Shown piece after piece: positions 28,701 through 38,775 of a stretch of DNA of 64,000 nucleotides. Source of the DNA: a virus; IMG/VR virus record IMGVR_UViG_3300028029_000006, positions 1-64,000 of that record; one strand, given 5' to 3'. Both the position numbers and the translations under genes were made by a program. Positions within the stretch are counted from its first letter, which is position 1. Every line of letters begins with the position of its first letter. A model generated the notes under the pieces. The model worked only from the letters and a program-made list of their open reading frames with translations, searched no databases and was not told the origin of the DNA.

Positions 28701-31700
28701 ATGACAATAGCAAAAAAAAGCGGAAACTTCTTAGATAGTGAAATAATGAGAAGTCTTGAAACAGTAGCTATTAAACGTGGTTTAATCACTCCTGATCCTA
28801 TCAAAAAAGAAGCCTCATCAAAAGATTTAAAAACGTCTGATGATTTACATGATGATTTAATTAATTTAGTTTCATTATTAAAAAATAGGGGATATGAAAA
28901 AGAAGCTAATCTATTAGAAGATAAAATTCATATTCATAAGATGGCGGAAACTCATTTGTACAATACTCATGATGAGACCGGTGAGGATTTAATTGATTTT
29001 GCTCATCCTGATGGTGATTTTGAAGTTGCTCCATCTAAAGATGATTATGGTAAAGTTGAAACCGTTTTATCTACTCAGAAAAAAATTATTGAAAAAATTC
29101 ACAAAATTCCTACTGGTAAATATGCTGCAATGGATCCTATTGTAACTATGAGTTTAACTTTTGGAGAAGCTATGTCTCCTATTGTTAGAATTCCTGCAGA
29201 TGATATTGCAGATACAGTTATGGAAAATTTGGTCCGTTCCATTAAAGAAGATTATAAAGGTCCTGTTTCGGGCCTTCATAAGATTGCTAACTTATTTCAT
29301 ACTGATATTAAGAATGAAGCCTCAGATTGGGGTCAGCAAATTCAAGAAGAAAAACAGAAAAATCCAAATTACAAAATGGATGAAGCTTTAGGTATTATTG
29401 CTGAAATAACTTTTGCTAGGGCTCATAGTAGATACAAACAACCTCTTCGTGAAGGTACATTTTCATCCATTACTCAAAGTACTTTAAAAAAAATGGCTGA
29501 ACCAAGAAGTAAAGCTGAAGCTGAAGTATGGATTACTCAAAATGTAATTCCTTATACTAGAAGTTTAGTTGATAAATTAAAAAAATCAGCTGATGATTTG
29601 TTTTGGTGGGAAAATAAAACTTGGGGTTTTAGTGTTGACGTCATGACTACTAAATTATCACAAGCTATTTTTGGATATCTTAAAACTTGGCTTAAAAACG
29701 GTTTAGACCCAGAAAGTTTAATTAATTCAATTAGCAAGCAAATGTTAGCTAATCATAAATTAGGTAGCTGGTATGATAATGAAGGTGATCTTTGGGTTGG
29801 TAGATTGTTTTCCGCTGGAACCGCTGGGGATGGATTTGATTTTATTGAAGGTCAAAACATTTCTCCCATTAAAGAAAAACTTGAAGAGAAATCAAAAGCT
29901 GAAGAAAAAAAAGAATTTAACCTTTCTGTAACTAAAAAAACGCTTAAAGATAAAATTTTATCTTTAAGAAGTATTAGAGAAAAAAATAATGTCCATGCTG
30001 ATAATCGTAAATTAGCTTATCAAATTGAACAAGAACTATTAAGCATACATTCCGCTATTAAATCATCAAATACAATTAGCGAACTTATTGGTATGCTAAG
30101 ACAATCTGTTAGTGATGTTGATAATTGGGATGAAATCAATGATATTACTGATATTAAACGCCTTCTTAATATCGAAATTGATGCTGTAAGCAGTTGGTTG
30201 GACATTTTAAATAGTCCAGAGTCTTATCGTAAAGAAGCTTCATCAAAATCTGATTTAAATAAAAAAGCTGTAGTAAAACCACCTAGCGGAACAAAAAAGC
30301 AAGAAGTTAAACCAGGTGGTGCAGCTTATAAAGCCGTTAGCCCTCTTACACAATTAACTTTAAAAATACAACTAGAGCTTAAAAAACTAGCAGATGCTTT
30401 TGAAAAACGAGGTGGTAAAAAAAATCTAGCTGATGAAATGAGAAACACAGGTGCTCCAGGGTATGGGCCTAAAGTTAAAAGAGCGCTTGAAATTGCCGAA
30501 GGTATTAGAGCTAAAAATTTAGAATCAAATCCCGCTATCTCAATTCCTCCAACTAATGCTACTTTAAAATCTTTGGAAGCCCTTACTTCAACTCTTGAAT
30601 CAGGGAAAACGAAAGCATCAAATGTTTTGGGAATATATAAAGAAAATATTCCAGTTAACAGAAAGGATACTTTATCACCTTTCTATTTTTACCGTTGGGG
30701 TCTTGAAAATAATCTCATTCCATATGATACAGATGAAAGTGGAGAGGAAACTTTTAATATTAAAAATTTATCTGACTTAATCAAAGATGTTGAAGAGACT
30801 TCCAGAACACAATTTTCTAAAGCTGAAGGTAGAGAAGCAAAAGTTGCCTCATTAAGATTTGTTAAAGCTATTAATGAAATAAAAAAAGCTTTTGCTAAAA
30901 TAATTGTAACAGGTTATTATAACTGGAACCCACAAACTAGAAGATGGAAAAAAGGAATTGTCCCAACACATATGAGAGTTAGTGATCTAAAAATAGTACC
31001 ATCAGTTAAAGGTAGACTCAGAACTCCTGGACAACCAGGACAGTCAGGAACAAATCAAACAGGTTCAATGAATGTTGATGAAAACGGCCGTTTATTAGAT
31101 GGTGTTCAAATTGAATTTATTTCCGGGCAACCACAAAGAATTGGTAAAGGTTCAGCTGTAAGCCAAATTCCACCCATTACCAAAGTGATTAACTTGAGTG
31201 ATAAATTTTGGTGGAGAAAAATTCCTGAAAGATTCCCAATGAGTTATCATGAATGGGAAAATGCTAACGTTAGATCATTAGCAAACTTATACTTTGGTCA
31301 TAATGATGGATTATCTGACGCTGAAATTCAATTAGCTATATCAAATACACCATATAGATTTACTCGTATGTATCAAGGACAAGCTTATGTATTAATTGCT
31401 GATGGAAAAGGAGGATCAACAGAAGTTTCTGCTAATAGTGTTCCTGTTGTTAACCAAGCAATTCAATCAATTGAATCTCAAAGCTCTTTATCTAAATTTG
31501 CCAGATTCTTAAGAAGAATGAAAGCAGAAGTGTCTTCTGTGTTTTTAAGGTATAGTCGTGGAGTCACAGATCCAATTGTTAAACAAAAATTAGTAAATAG
31601 ATCTGCCCAAACTGCACTTGCATGGCAAGCTCTTTTTGATGCATTAACAGGCGAAATTGGTCGTGAAATGCGATCAGTTCAAAAACAAAGAACATATCGA

Positions 31701-31703
31701 TAA
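28701..31703 (+). CDS. Large putative internal virion protein (about 1000 aa)
   Basis: N-terminal shared modules; more than 8 K-x-A motifs. Confidence 0.6.
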   Translation: MTIAKKSGNFLDSEIMRSLETVAIKRGLITPDPIKKEASSKDLKTSDDLHDDLINLVSLLKNRGYEKEANLLEDKIHIHKMAETHLYNTHDETGEDLIDFAHPDGDFEVAPSKDDYGKVETVLSTQKKIIEKIHKIPTGKYAAMDPIVTMSLTFGEAMSPIVRIPADDIADTVMENLVRSIKEDYKGPVSGLHKIANLFHTDIKNEASDWGQQIQEEKQKNPNYKMDEALGIIAEITFARAHSRYKQPLREGTFSSITQSTLKKMAEPRSKAEAEVWITQNVIPYTRSLVDKLKKSADDLFWWENKTWGFSVDVMTTKLSQAIFGYLKTWLKNGLDPESLINSISKQMLANHKLGSWYDNEGDLWVGRLFSAGTAGDGFDFIEGQNISPIKEKLEEKSKAEEKKEFNLSVTKKTLKDKILSLRSIREKNNVHADNRKLAYQIEQELLSIHSAIKSSNTISELIGMLRQSVSDVDNWDEINDITDIKRLLNIEIDAVSSWLDILNSPESYRKEASSKSDLNKKAVVKPPSGTKKQEVKPGGAAYKAVSPLTQLTLKIQLELKKLADAFEKRGGKKNLADEMRNTGAPGYGPKVKRALEIAEGIRAKNLESNPAISIPPTNATLKSLEALTSTLESGKTKASNVLGIYKENIPVNRKDTLSPFYFYRWGLENNLIPYDTDESGEETFNIKNLSDLIKDVEETSRTQFSKAEGREAKVASLRFVKAINEIKKAFAKIIVTGYYNWNPQTRRWKKGIVPTHMRVSDLKIVPSVKGRLRTPGQPGQSGTNQTGSMNVDENGRLLDGVQIEFISGQPQRIGKGSAVSQIPPITKVINLSDKFWWRKIPERFPMSYHEWENANVRSLANLYFGHNDGLSDAEIQLAISNTPYRFTRMYQGQAYVLIADGKGGSTEVSANSVPVVNQAIQSIESQSSLSKFARFLRRMKAEVSSVFLRYSRGVTDPIVKQKLVNRSAQTALAWQALFDALTGEIGREMRSVQKQRTYR

Positions 31704-32752
31704 TGAATAGACACGCAAAATTACAAGAAATCTATGATGAATCTATTGTCAACACTTTAGCTTCATCAAATGATTTTAATATTATCAAACAAGCTGGTCT
31801 TTGGGATGAGTTAGGGTTTGGTTCTATAGCCTCTGTCATTAAAGACCAAGTACAGACCCATGTTGTTAAAGAAAACTCCAAGGAAGGCTATTTAGATGCC
31901 TTGGGTAATGTTTTATTATCTGGAGCACTCTTTAAAATTCATCCCGTACTTGGAATTGCCAATACAGTTGCAGGCGCACTTGGAGTAGATGTTATTGGAA
32001 TTATATCAAAAGTTTTTGGCGCAGCAAAAAGCGCCTTAATGCAAGGCGGAACATTATCTGAAAGTACATTTAATTCTTTAACCAAAACGGCTTTTAGTAA
32101 AAATCAATTAAAAAAAGAAGCTCAAATTTTTTCTAGAAGAAGAAGCTTAAATACTCCTGATATTCCGTTTTTACCAAAAAAGAATCAATCTGTAATAGTA
32201 AGAGTTTTCGGAAATCTTTTCGCAAAAGGAAAAAGAACAAGAGCATCATGGTTGGCCAAAGGAATTATTATCTGGGCTCTTAAAACAGCACTACTAGGAG
32301 CAGGATTATTAACAACAACAGGAATGGTCACTTCTTTTGTTAAAGATTTAACTGATAAAAAATCTGAAGAAACGCCAACAGAAACAATTGAAATGCCAGG
32401 CAAACATGAGCAAGCTTATGTGGCGCCAAAACAAGAAAAATATGTTTCTAAACTTAGATCTAGTGGGGCGGGAGAAAAAGTTTTTAAAAATGATCTTGAT
32501 CATATGTGGATTGTTCCTCTTATTGGAAATATAAGCAATACTGTATTAGCTTGGACCGAAGAAATTTACCCACAGTTATCTGGATATGACCACATAATAA
32601 AGAGTAATCCTGCATTTCAAAGAACTGTAGCTTTACTAGGAAGAGATAGAAGTTCTACTAGCCAAGATTCACTTTTAGTGCCTCCTGGTTTTACTAGTCG
32701 TAAACAAGTAGTAGATTTATTTGCACATGAAGCAGCAAAGGGTTTAATATGA
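31703..32752 (+). CDS. Putative internal virion protein with hydrophobic Gly/Ala helices
   Basis: IKQAG, TKTAF, KKEAQ; TM-like segments. Confidence 0.55.
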   Translation: MNRHAKLQEIYDESIVNTLASSNDFNIIKQAGLWDELGFGSIASVIKDQVQTHVVKENSKEGYLDALGNVLLSGALFKIHPVLGIANTVAGALGVDVIGIISKVFGAAKSALMQGGTLSESTFNSLTKTAFSKNQLKKEAQIFSRRRSLNTPDIPFLPKKNQSVIVRVFGNLFAKGKRTRASWLAKGIIIWALKTALLGAGLLTTTGMVTSFVKDLTDKKSEETPTETIEMPGKHEQAYVAPKQEKYVSKLRSSGAGEKVFKNDLDHMWIVPLIGNISNTVLAWTEEIYPQLSGYDHIIKSNPAFQRTVALLGRDRSSTSQDSLLVPPGFTSRKQVVDLFAHEAAKGLI

Positions 32753-33855
32753 GTGATATTTTTGATGAATACGCCAAAATTGCAATTGAACAAGGTTTAA
32801 TTAAAAAAGCCGAGGATGTAACCAAACAAACAAATCCTCGTTTTGATTCATTAGATCTAGAAGCTATTGAAATGCTCTATGGCGTTAAACCAAATGGCAA
32901 AGATGATGACATTCATATTGTTGAACAAGCTCATCTAAAATCCGTTGTAGTGTCCCCTTCCTATGATCGAGTTAATGGATTGGTAGAAAATATTTTGGAA
33001 CGACAAGATATTATGCATTTTATTGCTACCAAACCAACTCATGGAAAACTTATTCAAGAACGATATGTTAAAGCTCATCAGGAATTACTTGATGAAGTTA
33101 TTAAAGTTGCTTTTATTTTAGATCGCGATGATGAACAAAATTTAATGTCTTTTGCAGATAATTGTGCAGAAAGATTAACTAAAAAGGGGTTTGTTTTTAC
33201 TGCTTCTACTGTTTTAATAGCTTTAAAGATTGGTGCTGTAGCTTTGGCGGCTACTGGGTTAATTAATAATTTTGGCGGAATGATGGATGCTGGATTTGTT
33301 GATAATGCATCTAGAGCTGTTGAAGAATTAACCGATCTTGTTAATGATAATGAATTACCTGGAGAGCAGCAGTCATTACAAGAATTAATTGAGTTAATTA
33401 AAATCGTTAAACAACAATATCAAGATCTTAACTCTTTTAGTATAACTGGTAGCACAGAAGAAGAGGTTAAGGCTGAACTTGGTATTGGAAAAAAAATATT
33501 AATCCAATACGTTAAAGATGCTAAAAAACTAGCTTCACAAATTACAGTTTTCCTTAGGGTTATTGAAAGCTCAGGTAAAACAGAAGAAAGTTGGATGAGT
33601 AAAAATTTAGGTGATGCTGGCTTAGCTGTAGAAAAAGTTTTTGAAAGTATTTGGAGTGATGATAAACGAGACGCTTTAACAATTTTAGATACTTTAAAAG
33701 AAAGCCTCTTAAATTCTGTCTCTAATATGCAAAAATATTTTTCAGCATTAAAAGCAAAAGCCGAAACAATGAATGTAGAAGAACTTACCGAATCTTTAAC
33801 GGAAAAAACAGAATCTGAATTTTCTGAATCAACATTATCTGATCTTGAACTGTAA
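32749..33855 (+). CDS. Putative internal virion protein with TM-like segment
   Basis: Shares N-terminal modules with 28701 ORF; FVFTASTVLIALKIGAVALAATGLI. Confidence 0.55.
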   Translation: MSDIFDEYAKIAIEQGLIKKAEDVTKQTNPRFDSLDLEAIEMLYGVKPNGKDDDIHIVEQAHLKSVVVSPSYDRVNGLVENILERQDIMHFIATKPTHGKLIQERYVKAHQELLDEVIKVAFILDRDDEQNLMSFADNCAERLTKKGFVFTASTVLIALKIGAVALAATGLINNFGGMMDAGFVDNASRAVEELTDLVNDNELPGEQQSLQELIELIKIVKQQYQDLNSFSITGSTEEEVKAELGIGKKILIQYVKDAKKLASQITVFLRVIESSGKTEESWMSKNLGDAGLAVEKVFESIWSDDKRDALTILDTLKESLLNSVSNMQKYFSALKAKAETMNVEELTESLTEKTESEFSESTLSDLEL

Positions 33856-34568
33856 TGAGTAAATCAACCATAACAGACAATACTCAAAATGATGGTTTAC
33901 TAAATACAACAACCATTAATGAATTTTCTAATGCTACAACTTTTGTTGTTCCATCTGAAGATAGGGATTTCTCACGTCCAAAAGAGCCTTTTATGAATCA
34001 AACTTTCCCCGAAGATTCTGCTTTAGCCAATGATGGCGGAAAAGATTGGGTTAAACAAATTCAAAAAATTATGAAAGGAAACCCCATTAGCCCTTCATAC
34101 CCAGGACCAATTGATGGCAAAATTAATCGAAAATTATTAGATGTACTTCTTAATTTCTCCTGGACTCTCAAAAGAAAAACGGGAAAATCTTTTAATCTTA
34201 TTAATGGTAACTCTATTAATCAAAGCCAATTTCTTAAAGCAATGGTTGTTTTGAAAAATTTTCTTAAACCAAAAAAAAAAATAAAAACAGAAGAAGTCAC
34301 ATTAAAAAAAAATGAAATAGTATTAGCATTTCAAAAATTCTTCTCAAGTTCTCATCCAATTATTGGTACCCTTTATAATGGATCTAAAGATGGTGAAATT
34401 AATTCTGAATTAATTACAGCAGCTCAAAAAGCAGAAGGAAAAATTTCTTTGGCAATTAATAATAAAAGTGTTAAAGGAATGATTTGGGGAGGAGATAATT
34501 TCTCAACCTCTCCTGATGATGTATCTACTGCTTTAAACTTCATTAATCAATATAAACAAAATACTTAA
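33855..34568 (+). CDS. Protein with two peptidoglycan-binding-like repeats
   Basis: VKQIQKIM..YPGPIDGKIN and VLAFQKFF..YNGSKDGEIN. Confidence 0.5.
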   Translation: MSKSTITDNTQNDGLLNTTTINEFSNATTFVVPSEDRDFSRPKEPFMNQTFPEDSALANDGGKDWVKQIQKIMKGNPISPSYPGPIDGKINRKLLDVLLNFSWTLKRKTGKSFNLINGNSINQSQFLKAMVVLKNFLKPKKKIKTEEVTLKKNEIVLAFQKFFSSSHPIIGTLYNGSKDGEINSELITAAQKAEGKISLAINNKSVKGMIWGGDNFSTSPDDVSTALNFINQYKQNT

Positions 34569-34584
34569 GTTATATAATGTAAGT

Positions 34585-34827
34585 ATGAGAGTTATTAAAG
34601 ATATTTTACATAATTTTGGAATTATTAAATACTCAGGAATAGATCTTGCTATATATAATACACAAAAAGCAGTTACAAGATTGAGAAGCAAAATTACAGA
34701 CCTAGAAATGAGTGAATATGAACAATATGAACGGCCTGATTTAAATCATCTTTATGAAAAAATTGGCAGACAGGAAAAATATTTAAGTAGAATGAAAAAA
34801 AAACGTGATAAAAAATCAAATAAATAA
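34585..34827 (+). CDS. Small hypothetical protein, probably leaderless
   Basis: GTTATATA 16 nt before ATG; no SD. Confidence 0.5.
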   Translation: MRVIKDILHNFGIIKYSGIDLAIYNTQKAVTRLRSKITDLEMSEYEQYERPDLNHLYEKIGRQEKYLSRMKKKRDKKSNK

Positions 34828-34966
34828 TGCTAATCATTAAGAATATTTAATTTTCTATTAATATAGGTACATTATTATCGACCGATTCTTTTTAAAGCAA
34901 TTTGGACGAAGTAAGACCTTTAAAGAAAATTTAAATACGCTCAATAAGCGTTTATAGGATATAAAA

Positions 34967-35635
34967 ATGGCACTTAAACCGTTATTTGGAAAAAATCTTC
35001 CATATGGACAATTCGATGGTCTTGACTCACAAGTTACTAGCTCCCTTGGTGGAGAGGTTTGTACTTTCACTTATGTTGCTTTAGCTACTGATACCCACGC
35101 TGCTGATGTAGAAGATGGTTATATGGCTGCTGCTAATACTCGGGCTGCAGTTACAAGTACGTTAACTACTGGCGCACGTCCTCTTTTCCTTTGTGATGAA
35201 GGAACTTCAGGATATGGAACCATTTTCGGCTCCCTTGTTGGTGCTACTGTTGGTCAAATCGTTACTGGTGGAGCTGTTCTTGGACCGCACACTGCTGCTG
35301 GTTCTGGCAAAGTGACGCTTTGGGACGCTCATGGTATGTACGGTATCACTCTTGATGCAGTTGATACTACAGTTAATAGCGGTTTAGTTCCGACTAACCC
35401 CGCTCTTGTTGGTGGAGATGCGATTTATGCTACTGCTGCGGGTCTCTTGACTCCTGACGCAGGTTCAGCATTTGAAGCAGTTGTTCTTGGTCGATTCATT
35501 GAATTCGCGCCTAATGGAAATCTTGTTACTTCTAGTCTTGGTCAGATTCAAGGTCTTAACTCTCCAACAGGTAGCTCTGCTCCTGGCGCACAGTTCGATA
35601 TGGCAGTGATTCACTGGGCACCCGAACTTAGCTAA
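34967..35635 (+). CDS. Major capsid decoration/cement protein
   Basis: Upstream of MCP; highly-expressed-type codons; GSGKVTLW..GDAIYATAAGLLT. Confidence 0.6.
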   Translation: MALKPLFGKNLPYGQFDGLDSQVTSSLGGEVCTFTYVALATDTHAADVEDGYMAAANTRAAVTSTLTTGARPLFLCDEGTSGYGTIFGSLVGATVGQIVTGGAVLGPHTAAGSGKVTLWDAHGMYGITLDAVDTTVNSGLVPTNPALVGGDAIYATAAGLLTPDAGSAFEAVVLGRFIEFAPNGNLVTSSLGQIQGLNSPTGSSAPGAQFDMAVIHWAPELS

Positions 35636-35656
35636 TACTTTTTAGCTTAACTTTTT

Positions 35657-35688
35657 AAAAAAGACCTAGTTTTCTAGGTCTTTTTTTT
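35657..35688 (+). terminator. Rho-independent terminator
   Basis: aaaaaagacctag-tttt-ctaggtctttttttt. Confidence 0.85.
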
Positions 35689-35711
35689 GTTTAAAATGAT
35701 ATATTCAATAT

Positions 35712-36491
35712 ATGCATCCATTAAACATATCTAAAGATAATCTAGAATATTTATATCTGAATCAAAAACTATCTGATTCAGAAATTGGAAAAATACATAA
35801 AGTTTCACTAGGTAGAATTCATAGACTTAGAAATAAATATAATATAAGTACAATTGAAAATTACCAAAGACATCATAAACAAAACTTATCATTAACAGAA
35901 AAAGAATTTTTAATTGGAACTTTACTTGGAGATGGGCATTTAAGATGGAGAAATAAAACATCTAAAAAGTCATATCCACAATTAATGCTTGAACAATCTA
36001 TTAAACATCATGAATATATTATTTGGCTTAAAGATCAAATGAATGATTGGCTTTTTAATCCTAAAAAAGAATTAAAACAAATAACAAAACCAAATAAAAA
36101 AACAAATAAAACATATTATTCTTATGCTTTTACTACTATTTGCCATCCAGTTTTTATTGAGTTTTATAATGGGTTTTATAAAGATAAGAAATCTATTAAT
36201 ATAGAGTTTATTTCAAAATACTTTTCTAAATTATCTTTAGCTGTTTGGTTAATGGATGACGGAACGATCTCTAAAAACAGAAATATTATGCTTTGCTCTC
36301 ATAATTTTACAAAAATGGATAATGAGTTGTTATCAAAATTTCTTAATGATAAATTTAACTTATCTTCAAATATTTGGAAGAGTAAAGATAAGTATTATTT
36401 AGGTTTTTCAAAAGAGAATTCAATTAAATTAACTAACCTTATTAAAAATTTAGTGATACCTTCTATGCAATATAAACTTATTTCCCAATAA
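35712..36491 (+). CDS. Free-standing LAGLIDADG homing endonuclease with N-terminal HTH
   Basis: LIGTLLGDG and LAVWLMDDG. Confidence 0.85.
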   Translation: MHPLNISKDNLEYLYLNQKLSDSEIGKIHKVSLGRIHRLRNKYNISTIENYQRHHKQNLSLTEKEFLIGTLLGDGHLRWRNKTSKKSYPQLMLEQSIKHHEYIIWLKDQMNDWLFNPKKELKQITKPNKKTNKTYYSYAFTTICHPVFIEFYNGFYKDKKSINIEFISKYFSKLSLAVWLMDDGTISKNRNIMLCSHNFTKMDNELLSKFLNDKFNLSSNIWKSKDKYYLGFSKENSIKLTNLIKNLVIPSMQYKLISQ

Positions 36492-36610
36492 ACATAATAT
36501 ACTCATATAGTTCTATCAATTTTTGAATATGGAAATGCATTAATCTTTTTAATGCGTTTGAACAAAATCACTGGTTAAGTCGAGTGATACCAAATTTGGA
36601 GAACATATAT

Positions 36611-36893
36611 ATGAGTAATCTTTTTAATGCTCAAGGAGAAACGAATGCATCAAGTTTACAGGATGCACTTTCTGCCTTAGTAAAACACGCAGCCATTTTG
36701 CAAGACAATATGTCGTCAAATGTTGGCCTGACTGGTCAACCCGGATTGGGCGATGATCAGCGTGATGAGTTAATCACTCGCGCTATTCAGACTCATGAAG
36801 GAAAACTTGCTTTGGCTCAAGCGATGGCTAATCCTATTCGTAGGAACCTTGATTATCAGGGAATTGCCAGAAGAGCGTTAGTTGTTGATCCGT
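36611..36893 (+). CDS. Major capsid protein, exon 1
   Basis: SD ggaga; ..AMANPIRRNLDYQGIARRALVVDP; joins exon 2 in frame (VDP-L-PQGALPVYDRD), 337 aa spliced. Confidence 0.85.
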
Positions 36894-38019
36894 TAACGGT
36901 AGCGGCTTAATCAAGTAATTGATTAAGAAAATTTGGCTATATGCTGGAAACTCTGTTTAATATAATTGTACTTTTTAAAAAAATATCCTCGATACTGCAT
37001 CAGGATGACATAGAAAAAGTAAAAATCAATTAAGCTGCGCAGACAATCAGCAGGAAAGAGAAAGATGATTCCTAAAGAAAAACTAATAGAACTATATGTC
37101 GAAAAACGATTAACTACTTATGAAATTGCAGAGATTTACAGTCTCAATAGAACAACGATTTCTAAATGGTTAAAAAAATATGATATTGATATTAATCCGA
37201 AACAAAGAAAATTCGAATTAATAAAAAAAATACCATTTACCAAAAAACAAAGAGAGTTAATTTTTGGTACGTTATTAGGCGATGGTTGTATTGCTCCACA
37301 TGGTCGTAAAAATAAATCTCATAGATTATATATAGGCCATTGCGAAAAACAAAAAGATTTTGTTTTTTGGAAAAAAGAAATTCTTGGTAACTTCGTTAAT
37401 GTAGTTAACAGGAATGTAGATAAAAGGGGCAATTCAATTATGTATAGTTTTGTATCCATTACCCATAATGAATTCAAATTTTTTTATAACCTTTTTTATG
37501 AAAATAATAAAAAAATAATAAGAGAATGCATGATTCATTATTTAACACCTTTTGCATTAGCAATTTTTGTTATGGATGATGGAAGTAGATACAAAGTAAA
37601 AAATACAATGAGAATATCTACAGATGGTTTTTCAAAAGAAGAAAATGAACTTTTATCAAAATTTATTAAATTGAATTTTAATATTAACGCAAAAGTTTGT
37701 GAATATAGCAGAAATGACAGGAAATATTATTACCTATCATTTAATGTTAGAAATTCAGCTCTTCTTTCGGATGTTATTAGGCCATATGTTATTGACTGTT
37801 TAAGTTATAAACTATGCCCTTCTCGCTCCTCAACGACTGAACGCCAAACTCCTGAAATTAAAATTATCCCAAAAATCTCTAATTGGAGAAAAGATTGGAA
37901 AATTTTAAAAAATAAAATTTCAGGAAGATGATACAGTCTGATCTGCATGTAAACATGTAGAGTTAGGCAGAAATGACCTAACCAACCTCACCGGAGGTTG
38001 TAACAAAACTCCCATTATG
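36894..38019 (+). mobile_element. Group I intron (1126 nt) in major capsid gene
   Basis: 5' exon ends in U, intron ends in G; IGS GGTAGCGG (36898-36905) pairs with exon 1 CCGT and exon 2 TACC; P atgctggaaa, Q aatcagcagg, R caacgactgaac, S gatacagtct; P9 hairpins. Confidence 0.92.
37065..37931 (+). CDS. Intron-encoded LAGLIDADG endonuclease
   Basis: IFGTLLGDG and LAIFVMDDG; ORF reads through intron core element R. Confidence 0.88.
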   Translation: MIPKEKLIELYVEKRLTTYEIAEIYSLNRTTISKWLKKYDIDINPKQRKFELIKKIPFTKKQRELIFGTLLGDGCIAPHGRKNKSHRLYIGHCEKQKDFVFWKKEILGNFVNVVNRNVDKRGNSIMYSFVSITHNEFKFFYNLFYENNKKIIRECMIHYLTPFALAIFVMDDGSRYKVKNTMRISTDGFSKEENELLSKFIKLNFNINAKVCEYSRNDRKYYYLSFNVRNSALLSDVIRPYVIDCLSYKLCPSRSSTTERQTPEIKIIPKISNWRKDWKILKNKISGR

Positions 38020-38750
38020 TACCACAGGGAGCCCTTCCGGTTTATGATCGTGATATTGATGTGACTGCAGTAGTCATTTCAGCTCATGGTTCTGGTCCTG
38101 AATCTCGTGTTTTTGGAGATCGTGTTACGATTCCTGAGTTTGAAGTTTATTCAAACCCGACTGTTCGTATCGCTGAAGTGAAAAGACGTAGATTCAACGT
38201 AATTGATCGTGCGGTTCAGAAAGCACGTCAAGAGATTATGGCACAAGAAGACGCTAACGTCTTCGCAGCTCTCGATGCTTCTGCTGTAGTTGAAAACCAA
38301 CCTCAGGATGTTGCTGATGGTGGTCTTCTTAAGCGAGATCTTGTTGAACTTAAGGTTCAGGTTGATCGTTGGGACCTGGTTACGACCAAGTTCTTCATGA
38401 ACATCAATGAATTCACTGATATCCTTAACTGGGCATCTGGTGGTGGACAAGGCGCTGGTGGTGGAGAAGTTGATGCTGTCACGCAGCGAGAGATCCTTCA
38501 AACTGGGCTTTATGCTCACATTTGGGGAGCTGACATCATGGTGTCAAAGATCGTGCCTCCTGGAACGATTTACTCTTGTGCCGATCCTGAATTTGTTGGG
38601 GTCATGCCGATTAGGCAAGATATCGAAGTATTGCCAGCGGATGAACCTCGCAAGCTTAGCCTGGGTTGGGTCGTCTCAGAAATCATTGGAATTGGTATTG
38701 TTAACCCCCGAGGCGTTGCAAAGGGCAGCAAATCCCAAGCACCTGGTTGA
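38020..38750 (+). CDS. Major capsid protein, exon 2
   Basis: PQGALPVYDRD..IPEFEVYSNP..QEDANVF..GLYAHIWGADI..EIIGIGIVNPRGV, HK97-fold-like pattern. Confidence 0.85.
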
Positions 38751-38775
38751 GCTAAAACCTAGTAAATAGATAGTT

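Noticed and set aside
34880-34960. Riboswitch or ribozyme in the decoration-gene leader (also 36567-36590 before MCP)
   Set aside because: Only weak AT-rich hairpins; no recognisable conserved core.
36584-36910. 108-aa and 229-aa (38061) ORFs as separate genes
   Set aside because: They are the two MCP exons; the TVAA-stop tail is intron sequence.
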